64,000 bases of DNA from an uncultured cyanobacterium (GTDB taxonomy: Bacteria; Cyanobacteriota; Cyanobacteriia; PCC-9006; JAAUQQ01). The position numbers and the translations under genes were made by a program. Of the stretch, positions 10,663-20,165 are shown piece after piece. The notes beneath the pieces were generated by a model. The model did no database searches. It had not been told where the DNA came from and saw only the letters and a program-made list of their open reading frames with translations. Each line of letters begins with the position of its first letter. Positions within the stretch are counted from its first letter, which is position 1. Location: assembly GCA_963718615.1 (NCBI GenBank), contig OY970368.1:1856001-1920000 (forward strand), in the 5' to 3' direction.

Positions 10663-12588
10663 ATGCATAGTCAGACGTCTTCGCATGATGTCAGCACCAT
10701 TTTGGTCGTTGATGATACCGCCGAAAACCTGCGCCTGTTGTCTGATGTGCTCACACAGAGAAATTACAGAATTCGCTGTGCTAAAAGTGGGGCGTTAGCA
10801 TTGAGGGGCATTCAGGTTGCTCCGCCGGATTTAATTTTACTTGATATCAATATGCCCGATATGTCGGGCTATGACGTTTGCATTCAGCTCAAGACCGACC
10901 CCACTACCGCCGATATTCCCGTTATTTTTTTGAGTGCCTTTGATGATGTTTTGGATAAAGTCAAAGCCTTTGACGTGGGTGGTGCAGACTATGTCACGAA
11001 GCCGTTTCATGTTGAAGAATTAGTGGTCCGGATCAAGCATCAGCTCAGTCTCCAGGCTGCTAAACAGGAAATCACCCGGCTCAATGCGCTCCTCGAACAG
11101 CGGGTCCAGCAGCGCACCTGCGAGCTGGAGGCCACCAATGCTACGCTCACCCGTGAAATTTCCGAGCGTCAAAAAATTGAGGATAAGCTGCTCTACGATG
11201 CGCTCCACGACAGTTTGACCCAGTTGCCCAACCGGGTGTTGTTTATGGAGCGGGTCAAGAATGCCCTCAGCCGCACCCGACGCAATCCCGCCTATAAGTT
11301 TGCGGTTCTGTTTATCGATCTCGATCGCTTCAAAATTGTCAATGACAGTCTGGGCCATGCCGTGGGGGATCAGCTCTTGATTGCGATCGCCCGCCAGCTA
11401 GAGGGCTGCCTGCGTGAGGCCGATACGGTGGCTAGGCTCGGAGGTGACGAATTTACAGTCCTGCTGGAATCCATCGATGATCTGGAGGATGCGATCGAGA
11501 TCGCTGAACGGATTCAGGCAGCGATCAAATCTCACTTTTGCCTGGAAGGTCACCGGATTTTTACCAGCGCGAGCATTGGCATTGCCGTCGGGTCTGCCCA
11601 GTACGAAAAAATGGAGGATATTCTGCGGGACGCGGATATTGCCATGTATCGGGCCAAGGAGATGGGGCGCTCTTGCTATGCCATCTTTGACCAAAATATG
11701 TACTACCAAACCCTGCGGCTGCTGCATTTGGAGAGCGATTTGCGTCAGGCCCTGGAGCGCAATGAGTTTCTGCTCCATTACCAGCCCATTATTTCGCTGA
11801 TTACCGGCAAACTCTCGGGGTTTGAGGCGCTAGTGCGCTGGGAGCATCCCAAGCAGGGGTTTGTTTCTCCGGGTGAATTTATCCCCATGGCGGAGGATAC
11901 CGGCCTGATTGTTCCCTTGGGGGAATGGGTCTTGCGGGAAGCCTGTCGTCAAATGCAGGCATGGCAAAGCCAATATCCGGAGGCCCAAGAACTACGCATC
12001 AGCGTCAACCTAGCCGGAAAGCAGCTCCAGGAGCCCGATCTGATCGATAAAATTGATGCAATTTTGGCCCAGACCCAGCTCGATGGTCAGTCGCTTCGCC
12101 TAGAACTCACCGAAAGCATGCTGATGGAACGGACGGAGGAAATTATCGCAATTTTGCAGCAGATTCGCGATCGCCAAATCCAGCTCAGCATCGACGACTT
12201 TGGCACGGGCTACTCGTCTTTGAGCTATCTGCATCGCTTTCCCGTGACGACGCTCAAGATCGATCGCACGTTTGTTAGCAATATGAGCTCTGATGCAGAA
12301 AATTTTGAGATTGTCCGGACGGTAATCACTCTGGCCCATACCCTTTCCATGGAAGTCGTTGCGGAAGGGGTTGAAACCATCGAGCAATCCACTCAGCTCA
12401 AGGGTTTAGGCTGCGAGCTTAGCCAAGGCTATTTGTTTTCAAAACCCCTAGACCGTCGTGCCGCCGAGAATCTGCTGCGATCTCAGCCCCTGTGGTCCAC
12501 AATGGAATCCCCCGCCCAACGCGATCGCCTGACGGGGGGATGTGAAGAATCCAATCAATCTGCTGATTTGTTTAGCTGTCCGAGCTAA
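10663..12588 (+). CDS. Response regulator with GGDEF and EAL domains
   Basis: Receiver domain, RLGGDEF, EALVRW, DDFGTGYSS, EGVE. Confidence 0.95.
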   Translation: MHSQTSSHDVSTILVVDDTAENLRLLSDVLTQRNYRIRCAKSGALALRGIQVAPPDLILLDINMPDMSGYDVCIQLKTDPTTADIPVIFLSAFDDVLDKVKAFDVGGADYVTKPFHVEELVVRIKHQLSLQAAKQEITRLNALLEQRVQQRTCELEATNATLTREISERQKIEDKLLYDALHDSLTQLPNRVLFMERVKNALSRTRRNPAYKFAVLFIDLDRFKIVNDSLGHAVGDQLLIAIARQLEGCLREADTVARLGGDEFTVLLESIDDLEDAIEIAERIQAAIKSHFCLEGHRIFTSASIGIAVGSAQYEKMEDILRDADIAMYRAKEMGRSCYAIFDQNMYYQTLRLLHLESDLRQALERNEFLLHYQPIISLITGKLSGFEALVRWEHPKQGFVSPGEFIPMAEDTGLIVPLGEWVLREACRQMQAWQSQYPEAQELRISVNLAGKQLQEPDLIDKIDAILAQTQLDGQSLRLELTESMLMERTEEIIAILQQIRDRQIQLSIDDFGTGYSSLSYLHRFPVTTLKIDRTFVSNMSSDAENFEIVRTVITLAHTLSMEVVAEGVETIEQSTQLKGLGCELSQGYLFSKPLDRRAAENLLRSQPLWSTMESPAQRDRLTGGCEESNQSADLFSCPS

Positions 12589-12627
12589 ACTCAGAGCAAG
12601 CAATTCATCGGAACGCAATCCTCAGGA

Positions 12628-13539
12628 CTAGGAAGCCCCTACCAGACTGAGGACCGGCAGATCCAGAATCCCAGCAGCAGTCTCAACATTGCGAAGCTCT
12701 AAGCCTTTGCAAGTTCGCTTGATCAGACCCGTTAAGACGGACCCTGGCCCGATTTCGATCACCTGCTCAATGCCCAATTCCGGCAGTTGTAGGGAGGTTT
12801 CTCGCCAGCGAACCGAACCCGTCATTTGGCAGGCTAATCTCGCCTTCAGCAAATCTGCGTCGGTGGTTGCGATCGGCTCGACGTTGGAAAGAATCGGGAC
12901 TTGAGCGTCTTGAAAAACCACTTGGTCCAAAATGACTTCGTAGGCAGCCGCAGCCTTGGCCATCAAGGGCGAGTGGAATGCGCCGGAAACTTTCAGCGGC
13001 ACCGCACGACGGCTTTTGATCGTGGTCATCACCTGAGTGACCGCCTCCGCTGTGCCGGAAATCACCGCTTGGCCAGGATTATTGTCGTTGGCCAGGACGA
13101 CGCCGGGAGTCTGGGCGATCGCCCCCAGCAATTCCTCCCGGTCAAATCCCATCAGTGCCGCCATCATGCCATCCGAAGCCTGGGCCATCAACGCCGAGCG
13201 CTGCTTCACCAGCTCCAGTCCCGCCGCAAAGTCAAACACCTCAGCGGCATAGAGCGCCACATATTCACCCAGACTGTGTCCGGCCATTGCCGCCGCCCGG
13301 TGTCCCTGGGCCTTCATCAAATCCGCCAAAATGCTCTCCACTACGTAGAGGCAAGGTTGCGTATATTGGGTTTGCGACAGTTGCTCCAAATCCCCCTGGC
13401 ACAGGTCCAGCACAGACCAACCCAGAATTTCCTCGGCCTGGGCAAATTTTTCCTGAGCGGTAGACTGTTCCATCAAGTCCGCCGTCATTCCAATCGCTTG
13501 AGACCCTTGACCGGGAAACACCCATGCGGTTTTCTTCAT
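12628..13539 (-). CDS. fabD: Malonyl-CoA-ACP transacylase
   Basis: FPGQGSQ, GHSLGE, SGAFHS; operon with fabH and plsX. Confidence 0.97.
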   Translation of the reverse strand: MKKTAWVFPGQGSQAIGMTADLMEQSTAQEKFAQAEEILGWSVLDLCQGDLEQLSQTQYTQPCLYVVESILADLMKAQGHRAAAMAGHSLGEYVALYAAEVFDFAAGLELVKQRSALMAQASDGMMAALMGFDREELLGAIAQTPGVVLANDNNPGQAVISGTAEAVTQVMTTIKSRRAVPLKVSGAFHSPLMAKAAAAYEVILDQVVFQDAQVPILSNVEPIATTDADLLKARLACQMTGSVRWRETSLQLPELGIEQVIEIGPGSVLTGLIKRTCKGLELRNVETAAGILDLPVLSLVGAS

Positions 13540-13588
13540 GCGTTCATCCTCATCACGTCTTCAAATTCAATGCAAACTTTAACGCAAA

Positions 13589-14593
13589 CTAGCTAGCACG
13601 ACCCCAGCGAAAGATCGCCGCGCCCCAGGTTAGACCCGCGCCAAACCCAGACGAAGCAATCACATCACCGGACTGAACCCGACCGGCTCGCACCGCTTCA
13701 TCCAACGCCAAGGGAATCGAGGCGGCGGATGTATTGCCATAGTGGGCAAGGTTGCTGAGCACTTTTTCGTCGGGAATCTTGAGGCGCTCAGCAACGGCAT
13801 CAATGATGCGTTGGTTGGCCTGATGCAAAAGCAACCAGTCCACCTGATCTGCCGTTAGCTCGGCGCGAAATAAAGCTTTTTCGATCACTTCGGGAACCCG
13901 CTTGACCGCAAAGCGGTAAACCTCCCGGCCATTCATCTGAATTGGAGCATAGGTACCTTGGCCCACAATCACACGGGGATGAATCGCTCGGGGTTGCGGC
14001 TGATAGGCCAATGTCAAACAGTCATTCATGCTGCCATCACTGCACAGCTCAAACCCCAAGAAATGATCCACCGCATTGGCCTGGAGAACCACCGCTCCGG
14101 CCCCATCGCCAAACAGCACACAGGTACTGCGATCGCCCCAATCCGTCCAGCGGGAGAGCACATCCGCGCCAATCACCAGAACATTGCGATAAACCCCAGT
14201 CCGAATAAACTGAGCCGCCGTGATCAGTCCCACCAAAAAACCCGAGCAGGCCGCCGTGATATCAAAGGCCACGGACCGCACTGCTCCAAGTTGCGCCTGC
14301 ACTTGAGCCGCACTACCAAACAAATCATCTGGGGTTGAAGTGGCCAGCAAAACCAAATCGAGCTGATGGGCTTCCACACCGGCAGATTCTAGCGCCCGCT
14401 GTCCGGCCTGGGCCGCTAACTGAGCCAGACTCAAATCCGGTGAGGCCAGCCGTCGCGCACCGATGCCCGTACGGCCTCGAATCCATTCATCGGAAGTCTC
14501 AACGACTTCACTGAGATCGTTGTTAGTCAGGATTGGAGCAGGGGAAGCAGATCCACTTCCGATCAGGGCGACTCCAGCAGCTTCGGCTCTCAA
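13589..14593 (-). CDS. fabH: Beta-ketoacyl-ACP synthase III
   Basis: AACSGF, HQAN, GNTSAAS, GFGAGLTWG. Confidence 0.97.
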   Translation of the reverse strand: MRAEAAGVALIGSGSASPAPILTNNDLSEVVETSDEWIRGRTGIGARRLASPDLSLAQLAAQAGQRALESAGVEAHQLDLVLLATSTPDDLFGSAAQVQAQLGAVRSVAFDITAACSGFLVGLITAAQFIRTGVYRNVLVIGADVLSRWTDWGDRSTCVLFGDGAGAVVLQANAVDHFLGFELCSDGSMNDCLTLAYQPQPRAIHPRVIVGQGTYAPIQMNGREVYRFAVKRVPEVIEKALFRAELTADQVDWLLLHQANQRIIDAVAERLKIPDEKVLSNLAHYGNTSAASIPLALDEAVRAGRVQSGDVIASSGFGAGLTWGAAIFRWGRAS

Positions 14594-14681
14594 GTGATTT
14601 CTCCACTAAGCAGGGGGTAACCAGGAAGACCCGGCGACAGGTCTGAGGACATCCTAAGGCTTTTGCGATCCTAGCGGATGA

Positions 14682-15743
14682 TCAGCTTAGGGCTGATTCC
14701 GGTTCTCCTGCCTTGACCCGTTCGGGCACAGGGGCCTTTGATTCCTGGATGGGCAGCGCCAACCGTTCCAAGACCTGATTGTCCACCGCTTCTGTAGCCA
14801 AGCGAATCGCATTGGCAATGGAAGGCGCACGGGAGCTGCCATGGCTAATAATACAAACTCCTGCTACCCCCAAGAGCAATCCACCCCCATGTTCAGCATG
14901 GTCAATGCGCTGTTTGACCCGCTTGAGGTTCGGACTGAGCAGCGCCAAACCGGCCTTCCCGTGGAGTCCACGGGGGAGTTCTTCCTTGAGAATCCCCAGC
15001 AAAACCTCGCCGATCGCCTCTGCAAACTTCAGCAGAACATTGCCCGCAAAGCCATCGCAGACCACGACGTCAAAATTGCCCGAAAGTACATCCCGTCCCT
15101 CGGCATTGCCGACAAAATTAAGTCGGAGATTATTTTTCAAAAGCTGATGGGTGCGTAGGGCCAGATCGTTGCCCTTGCAATCCTCTTCGCCAATATTGAG
15201 CAAGCCCACCTGGGGCTTCTCGACCCCCAGCACACATTCGCTGTAGGCCGAACCCATGACGGCGAATTGCTCTAGGAATGTGGGGCGGCAATCCACATTC
15301 GCGCCAACATCTAGGACCAAAACCTGCTTACCCGCTAGCACCGTGGGTAAGACTGCTCCGATCGCCGGACGTTCGACCCCAGGCAAGCGGCCCAAGCGCA
15401 GCAATGCCGAAGCCATCACTGCGCCAGAATGACCCGCTGAGACCACGGCATCGGCCTCGCCCCCCTTAACCAAATTCATGGCCACATTAATGGAGGCCTT
15501 TGGCTTGCGCCGTAGCCCTCGCATGGGATCCTCATCCATGCCGATTGCTTCCTCAGCAGGAATAACGGTTACCCCTGGAGGAAGTTCACCTTTGGCAGCA
15601 GCCCGGATTCGCTCAGGGTCTCCCACCAGCAAAATATCGATATCTAGCTCTTGCTGTGCCTTTAATGCTCCAGCAACAACCTCATCGGGGGCATAGTCGC
15701 CTCCCATGGCGTCGACTGCGATTCGCGCTCGATTTGAACCCAT
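14682..15743 (-). CDS. plsX: Phosphate acyltransferase PlsX
   Basis: IAVDAMGGDYAP, DVGAN, CDGFAGN, HGSS. Confidence 0.97.
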   Translation of the reverse strand: MGSNRARIAVDAMGGDYAPDEVVAGALKAQQELDIDILLVGDPERIRAAAKGELPPGVTVIPAEEAIGMDEDPMRGLRRKPKASINVAMNLVKGGEADAVVSAGHSGAVMASALLRLGRLPGVERPAIGAVLPTVLAGKQVLVLDVGANVDCRPTFLEQFAVMGSAYSECVLGVEKPQVGLLNIGEEDCKGNDLALRTHQLLKNNLRLNFVGNAEGRDVLSGNFDVVVCDGFAGNVLLKFAEAIGEVLLGILKEELPRGLHGKAGLALLSPNLKRVKQRIDHAEHGGGLLLGVAGVCIISHGSSRAPSIANAIRLATEAVDNQVLERLALPIQESKAPVPERVKAGEPESALS

Positions 15744-15878
15744 CGGCTAATGCTGTAGAAACCTTCAAGATTCTATCAGAAGGGTTTCCGACCGCGACGT
15801 TTTCTTGGGCGGAGACGGAAGAATCCCGTGAGATCCCCTAGAGGTCTTTCTATTAATCTCCGCCTTTCAGGCCCAGTT

Positions 15879-16613
15879 TCAGCGTAAATCCTCACCGGGT
15901 TCGACGATGCGCTGGAAGAGATAGCCCGTCCCCCGCGCGGTCAGGATCAGTTCCGGATTGCTAGGGTCATCCTCTAGCTTGGCCCGCAGACGAGAGATAT
16001 GGACATCCACAACGCGGGTATCGACGTGACGCTCAGGGGTGTAGCCCCACACTTCCTGCAAGATCTCAGCGCGGGAAAAGGCCTCGCCAGAGCGGCCCAC
16101 CAGCAGCTCCAACAAGCTAAACTCCATACCGGTCAGCCGGATCCGTTCGTCTCCCTTGTAGACTTGTCGCTTGTTGGTATCGATCCGGAGGTTATTGACC
16201 TGGATCACACCGGAACTAGGGATTCCAGAGGTGCTGTGCTTTTCTACCCGGCGTAGGACCGAGCGAATTCTGGCTTCTAGCTCCTTGGGCGAAAAGGGTT
16301 TGACGACATAGTCATCGGCACCGAGCTCTAGACCCGTGATGCGATCGGCCACATCTCCCAACGCGGTCAGCATAATGATGGGAATATCTGACTCCTTGCG
16401 CAGCTCCTGACAAACGCCATAGCCATCGAGCTTGGGCATCATCACGTCTAGAACCACGAGATCAGGTGCTTCGGAGCGAAAGGTCTCCAAGGCCTCCTCT
16501 CCATCCGCTGCGGTGACCACGTCATAGCCAATCATGGATAGACGAGTCTCCAAAATGCGACGGATGCTGGCTTCGTCGTCCACAACCAGAATTCGTTCCT
16601 TATGGCTTTCCAA
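15879..16613 (-). CDS. rpaB: OmpR-family response regulator RpaB (Ycf27)
   Basis: ILVVDDEASIRRILETRLSMIGY ... WGYTPERHVDTRVVDVHISRLR; TTG start at 16613 preceded by GGGGAGG; plsX-rpaB-radA neighbourhood. Confidence 0.93.
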   Translation of the reverse strand: MESHKERILVVDDEASIRRILETRLSMIGYDVVTAADGEEALETFRSEAPDLVVLDVMMPKLDGYGVCQELRKESDIPIIMLTALGDVADRITGLELGADDYVVKPFSPKELEARIRSVLRRVEKHSTSGIPSSGVIQVNNLRIDTNKRQVYKGDERIRLTGMEFSLLELLVGRSGEAFSRAEILQEVWGYTPERHVDTRVVDVHISRLRAKLEDDPSNPELILTARGTGYLFQRIVEPGEDLR

Positions 16614-16952
16614 AGTGCAAGCCTCCCCTATATCGATTCTTCGTAGCGCTTGTTTCGCATGACCCCACCGATGCCCCAATTTCCTTTCAAGATGTTCTGT
16701 TAAGAAACCCCAAAAGTGGTTGCTTCACCGTGCCTTTCTTTTGCTCAATTGATCAAGCTTTATGATTAAAAATCATAGCCCAATTAAAAGCTAAATGTAG
16801 CGATGAAAAGTCCCATGGCGCTAGATTTCAGCCTTTCTTAAGTTTTAATCAAACTTAACAAACTGTTGCCAAATTGATCAAAAAAATTGCCATCCTAGGC
16901 ATATAGAGATGAGCGCAACTGCCGTTTTGGAGGCGAAACAAAAGTCAAGCTT

Positions 16953-18371
16953 ATGGCAAAAAAGCAAAGTGAATACGTTTGCAACGCTTGTGGCGCGCGA
17001 ACGCGGCAGCTTTTTGGGCGCTGTCCGGAGTGTCAGGCTTGGAACACAATGCAAGAACAGGTTGTCGCGGTCGTTTCGTCAACCCCCACTGGGGCAAGCC
17101 TTGGGCGTCAGCGTTCGGTGGCTCCCCCGGAACCGCGACGTCCCCGCCAATCGTTGCAGTTGGTTGAAATTTCGGATTTTTCCCAAGCGCGGATTTCTTC
17201 CGGTTACAGCGAATTTGATCGGGTTTTGGGCGGCGGGATTGTGCCGGGCTCCCTGGTGCTCCTGGGTGGGGATCCGGGTATTGGTAAATCGACGCTATTG
17301 CTCAAAACCGCGATGCAGTTGGCGGATCGGCAGGCTGTGCTCTACGTCGCGGCGGAGGAGTCGGGTCAGCAGGTGAAACTGCGCTGGCAGCGGCTGGGAG
17401 GGCAAGTGCCGCTCAAATCTGAAGGAGAGGCTCAGTCGGGGCTTTATTTGTTGCCTGAAACGGATTTGGAGACAATCCTGGCGGAGCTGGAGTCCCTGCG
17501 ACCTCGGGTGGCGGTGATTGATAGTATCCAGGCGCTGTATTACGCGGCGTTGAACTCGGCTCCGGGATCGGTTTCCCAGGTGCGGGAATGTACATCGGCG
17601 CTGATGCGGTTGGCGAAACAGCGGGAGATTGCGCTGCTGATTGTGGGCCATGTGACGAAGGATGGGGCGATCGCCGGTCCCAAGGTCCTGGAACATTTAG
17701 TTGATACGGTGTTGCAGTTTGAGGGCGATCGCTTCGCCAGCCACCGATTACTTCGGGCGATGAAAAATCGCTTTGGGGCGACCCATGAGTTGGGGGTGTT
17801 TGAGATGGTGTCGGAGGGGTTGGCGGAGGTGATGAATCCTTCGGCGTTGTTTATGGGCGATCGCCAGGACATCGCCCCCGGTACGGCTACGATTGTCGCT
17901 TGCGAAGGCACAAGACCCCTAGTTGTGGAGCTGCAAGCCCTGGTGAGTCCTACCAGCTATCCTTCGCCCCGACGATCGGTGACGGGGCTGGAGTTTAACC
18001 GGCTGACCCAAATTTTGGCGGTGTTGGAAAAGCGGGTGGGGCTGCCGCTATCGAAGTTTGATGCCTATGTGGCTTCGGTGGGGGGGCTGAATGTGGGGGA
18101 ACCGGCGGCGGATTTGGGGGTGGCGATGGCAATTGTGGCGAGTTTTCGCGATCGCATTGTCAATCCCGATTTGGTTCTGCTGGGAGAAGTGGGTTTGGGG
18201 GGCCAAGTTCGACCGGTTTCCCAAATTGAGCTGCGGCTGAAGGAGGCGGCGAAGCTAGGCTTTACAACGGCGATTGTTCCCAAAGGGCAGGATCTTCAAG
18301 GCACAGGGCTGGAGACGATTCCGGTCAGTCGATTAGTGGATGCGATCGGGTTGTGCTTGACGGTGCCTTAG
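16953..18371 (+). CDS. radA: DNA repair protein RadA/Sms
   Basis: C4 zinc finger, GDPGIGKST, KNRFG, Lon-like C-terminus. Confidence 0.97.
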   Translation: MAKKQSEYVCNACGARTRQLFGRCPECQAWNTMQEQVVAVVSSTPTGASLGRQRSVAPPEPRRPRQSLQLVEISDFSQARISSGYSEFDRVLGGGIVPGSLVLLGGDPGIGKSTLLLKTAMQLADRQAVLYVAAEESGQQVKLRWQRLGGQVPLKSEGEAQSGLYLLPETDLETILAELESLRPRVAVIDSIQALYYAALNSAPGSVSQVRECTSALMRLAKQREIALLIVGHVTKDGAIAGPKVLEHLVDTVLQFEGDRFASHRLLRAMKNRFGATHELGVFEMVSEGLAEVMNPSALFMGDRQDIAPGTATIVACEGTRPLVVELQALVSPTSYPSPRRSVTGLEFNRLTQILAVLEKRVGLPLSKFDAYVASVGGLNVGEPAADLGVAMAIVASFRDRIVNPDLVLLGEVGLGGQVRPVSQIELRLKEAAKLGFTTAIVPKGQDLQGTGLETIPVSRLVDAIGLCLTVP

Positions 18372-18928
18372 GGTCCATCAACCCCACGATACAAGTCGGC
18401 GATCGCCATTTCTAAACCAATGCTTTCAAGGGTGAGGCGATCGCCCGGTCCATAGACACAAGTCTCCCAAGCGTTACCTTCTGTGCGACGACGGCATTCG
18501 ACCTGCTGGCGTTCTTGCTCGATGAGAACGTACTCTTCAAGGGAATCCAGCCGTTGATAGTCCTGAAATTTTTCGCCTCGGTCAAAGGCCTGGGTGCTGG
18601 GGGAGAGAACTTCGACGATCAGTTTGGGGTGGCGTTTGATGTAGCGATCGGTGCGATCGCGTGGGTCGCAGGTGACGAAAGCGTCGGGGTAGTAATAAAA
18701 CTCATCTTGATAACTAACCCTAACGCCTCCAGCATAGAAACGGCAGTTTGTCGTTTCTCCCAGGTGCTCGTCAACAGCCTTGAGCAAGTTGAAGGCGATG
18801 CGATCGTGATTGTCTGTCCCCCCGGCCATAGCATAGACGAGGCCGCGCCGATACTCGTGTCGGGTGGGGCTTTGGCGTTCGAGGGTGAGATAGTCTTTTG
18901 GACTGATGAAGTGGGGGACGGCAATCAT
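18368..18928 (-). CDS. Uma2-family (DUF820) endonuclease-like protein
   Basis: HEY..G..YAMAGG, YYPD..VTCD, EVLSPST..DRGEK. Confidence 0.9.
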   Translation of the reverse strand: MIAVPHFISPKDYLTLERQSPTRHEYRRGLVYAMAGGTDNHDRIAFNLLKAVDEHLGETTNCRFYAGGVRVSYQDEFYYYPDAFVTCDPRDRTDRYIKRHPKLIVEVLSPSTQAFDRGEKFQDYQRLDSLEEYVLIEQERQQVECRRRTEGNAWETCVYGPGDRLTLESIGLEMAIADLYRGVDGP

Positions 18929-19068
18929 GGGTTCGCGCTGGGGATATGAATACCATGGGGGTCATCAATACCATAATAGGCATGATGCGAAGGCGGTGAT
19001 GAAGCTGCGGCGATCGCGAGAATCGCCCAGGGCTAGAGACAAAAATCAGTCAAACCGGCATTGGATCC

Positions 19069-19091
19069 GTAGGGACGAACTGCGTTCGTCC
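19069..19091 (+). repeat. GTAG-type REP-like palindrome (partial)
   Basis: GTAGGGACGAACTGCGTTCGTCC; related copy at about 24772-24796. Confidence 0.55.
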
Positions 19092-19097
19092 GGCTGT

Positions 19098-19230
19098 TGG
19101 GGTGGTAGGTTGGGGGATGTTTAGAGCCAGGTCGATCGCAAGTTGACCCGTTTTTCGAGGAGGGCGAGGGCTTCGGTGTGGCGCTCATAGAAGCGGAGGG
19201 TTTGTATCCAGTTCTCGTAGAAATGGAAAA
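19098..19230 (-). pseudogene. Orphan duplicate of the 3' end of the NB-ARC-TPR gene (direct repeat of about 20143-20276)
   Basis: Near-identical ~130-bp copies 1,045 bp apart; both encode YENWIQxLRFYERHTEALALLEKxVNLRSTWL*. Confidence 0.85.
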
Positions 19231-19351
19231 AAAGGATTACGGCTCTATGCTCCTTACCTGAGCCAGCGCCGTAGTCTGAACTGAACCGAGGAGGAGGGGA
19301 CATCTGAGGTCAATTATGATGGATGTCGTCGTTGGATGGCCGGGTTTTGAT

Positions 19352-19774
19352 ATGGCGAGAGATAGATTTCATTCCCAGGTCAAAGCGGCTTTGATCAAGG
19401 CGGGTTGGACGATTACCCAGGATCCTCTTAAGCTGGAGATCGGAGGGGTGAAGTTGGAAGTCGATTTGGGTGCGGAACGGATGTTTGAGGGGTTGATCGC
19501 AGCCGAGCTGAACCTGGAGAAGATTGCGGTTGAGGTGAAAAGCTTCATCTCAGCTTCTCCAACCCATGAGCTGAATGCTGCGCTGGGTCAGTTTATTGCT
19601 TATCGACTGGCGCTGTCCGAGCTAGAGCCCGATCGCAAGCTCTATCTGGGCATTCCGGTGGCAACCTACAGCGATTTCCTGCAACGTCCGTTTCCTAGTC
19701 GATTGATTCGAGAAAACGATGTCTCTCTGATAGTGTACGACCCGATTCAACAGGAGGTCTTGCAATGGCTTTAG
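19352..19774 (+). CDS. xisH: XisH-family protein
   Basis: MARDRFH..VK.AL.K.GWTIT.DP, DLGAE, IAVEVKSF, ALGQF. Confidence 0.92.
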   Translation: MARDRFHSQVKAALIKAGWTITQDPLKLEIGGVKLEVDLGAERMFEGLIAAELNLEKIAVEVKSFISASPTHELNAALGQFIAYRLALSELEPDRKLYLGIPVATYSDFLQRPFPSRLIRENDVSLIVYDPIQQEVLQWL

Positions 19775-20130
19775 AAGTGTTAGATACGTCCCAAGGTCTG
19801 TTGGAGCAGGCGGGTGATTATCGTGAGATTTTGAAGGCATTTTTGCTGGGGCAATGCGACCTTGCAGGGACGAATGGGGTTCTGAATCAGCCGATTTTTG
19901 ATCGAGAACGGGATCAGTATTTGATTTTGTGTGTGGGTTGGCGCGGGCAGGAGCGGGTGTATTGGGTGGCGATTCATCTGGAGATTCGCGAGGGGAAGGT
20001 CTGGATTCAGCGCAATCAGACGGAGTTGGATCTGGAGGCGGAGCTGGTGGCGTTAGGAATCGCAGAGGGAGATTTGGTGCTGGGGCTGGTGCCGCCGGAG
20101 TATCGGGTTTTGGCGGGGCTGAATGGGTAA
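19765..20130 (+). CDS. xisI: XisI-family protein
   Basis: IFDRERDQY..GW, IHLEI..GKVWIQ.N.TE, LV.LGI...D.VLG; overlaps xisH. Confidence 0.92.
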   Translation: MALEVLDTSQGLLEQAGDYREILKAFLLGQCDLAGTNGVLNQPIFDRERDQYLILCVGWRGQERVYWVAIHLEIREGKVWIQRNQTELDLEAELVALGIAEGDLVLGLVPPEYRVLAGLNG

Positions 20131-20165
20131 GTGGGGCGAAGATGGGGTGGTAGGTTGGGGGATGT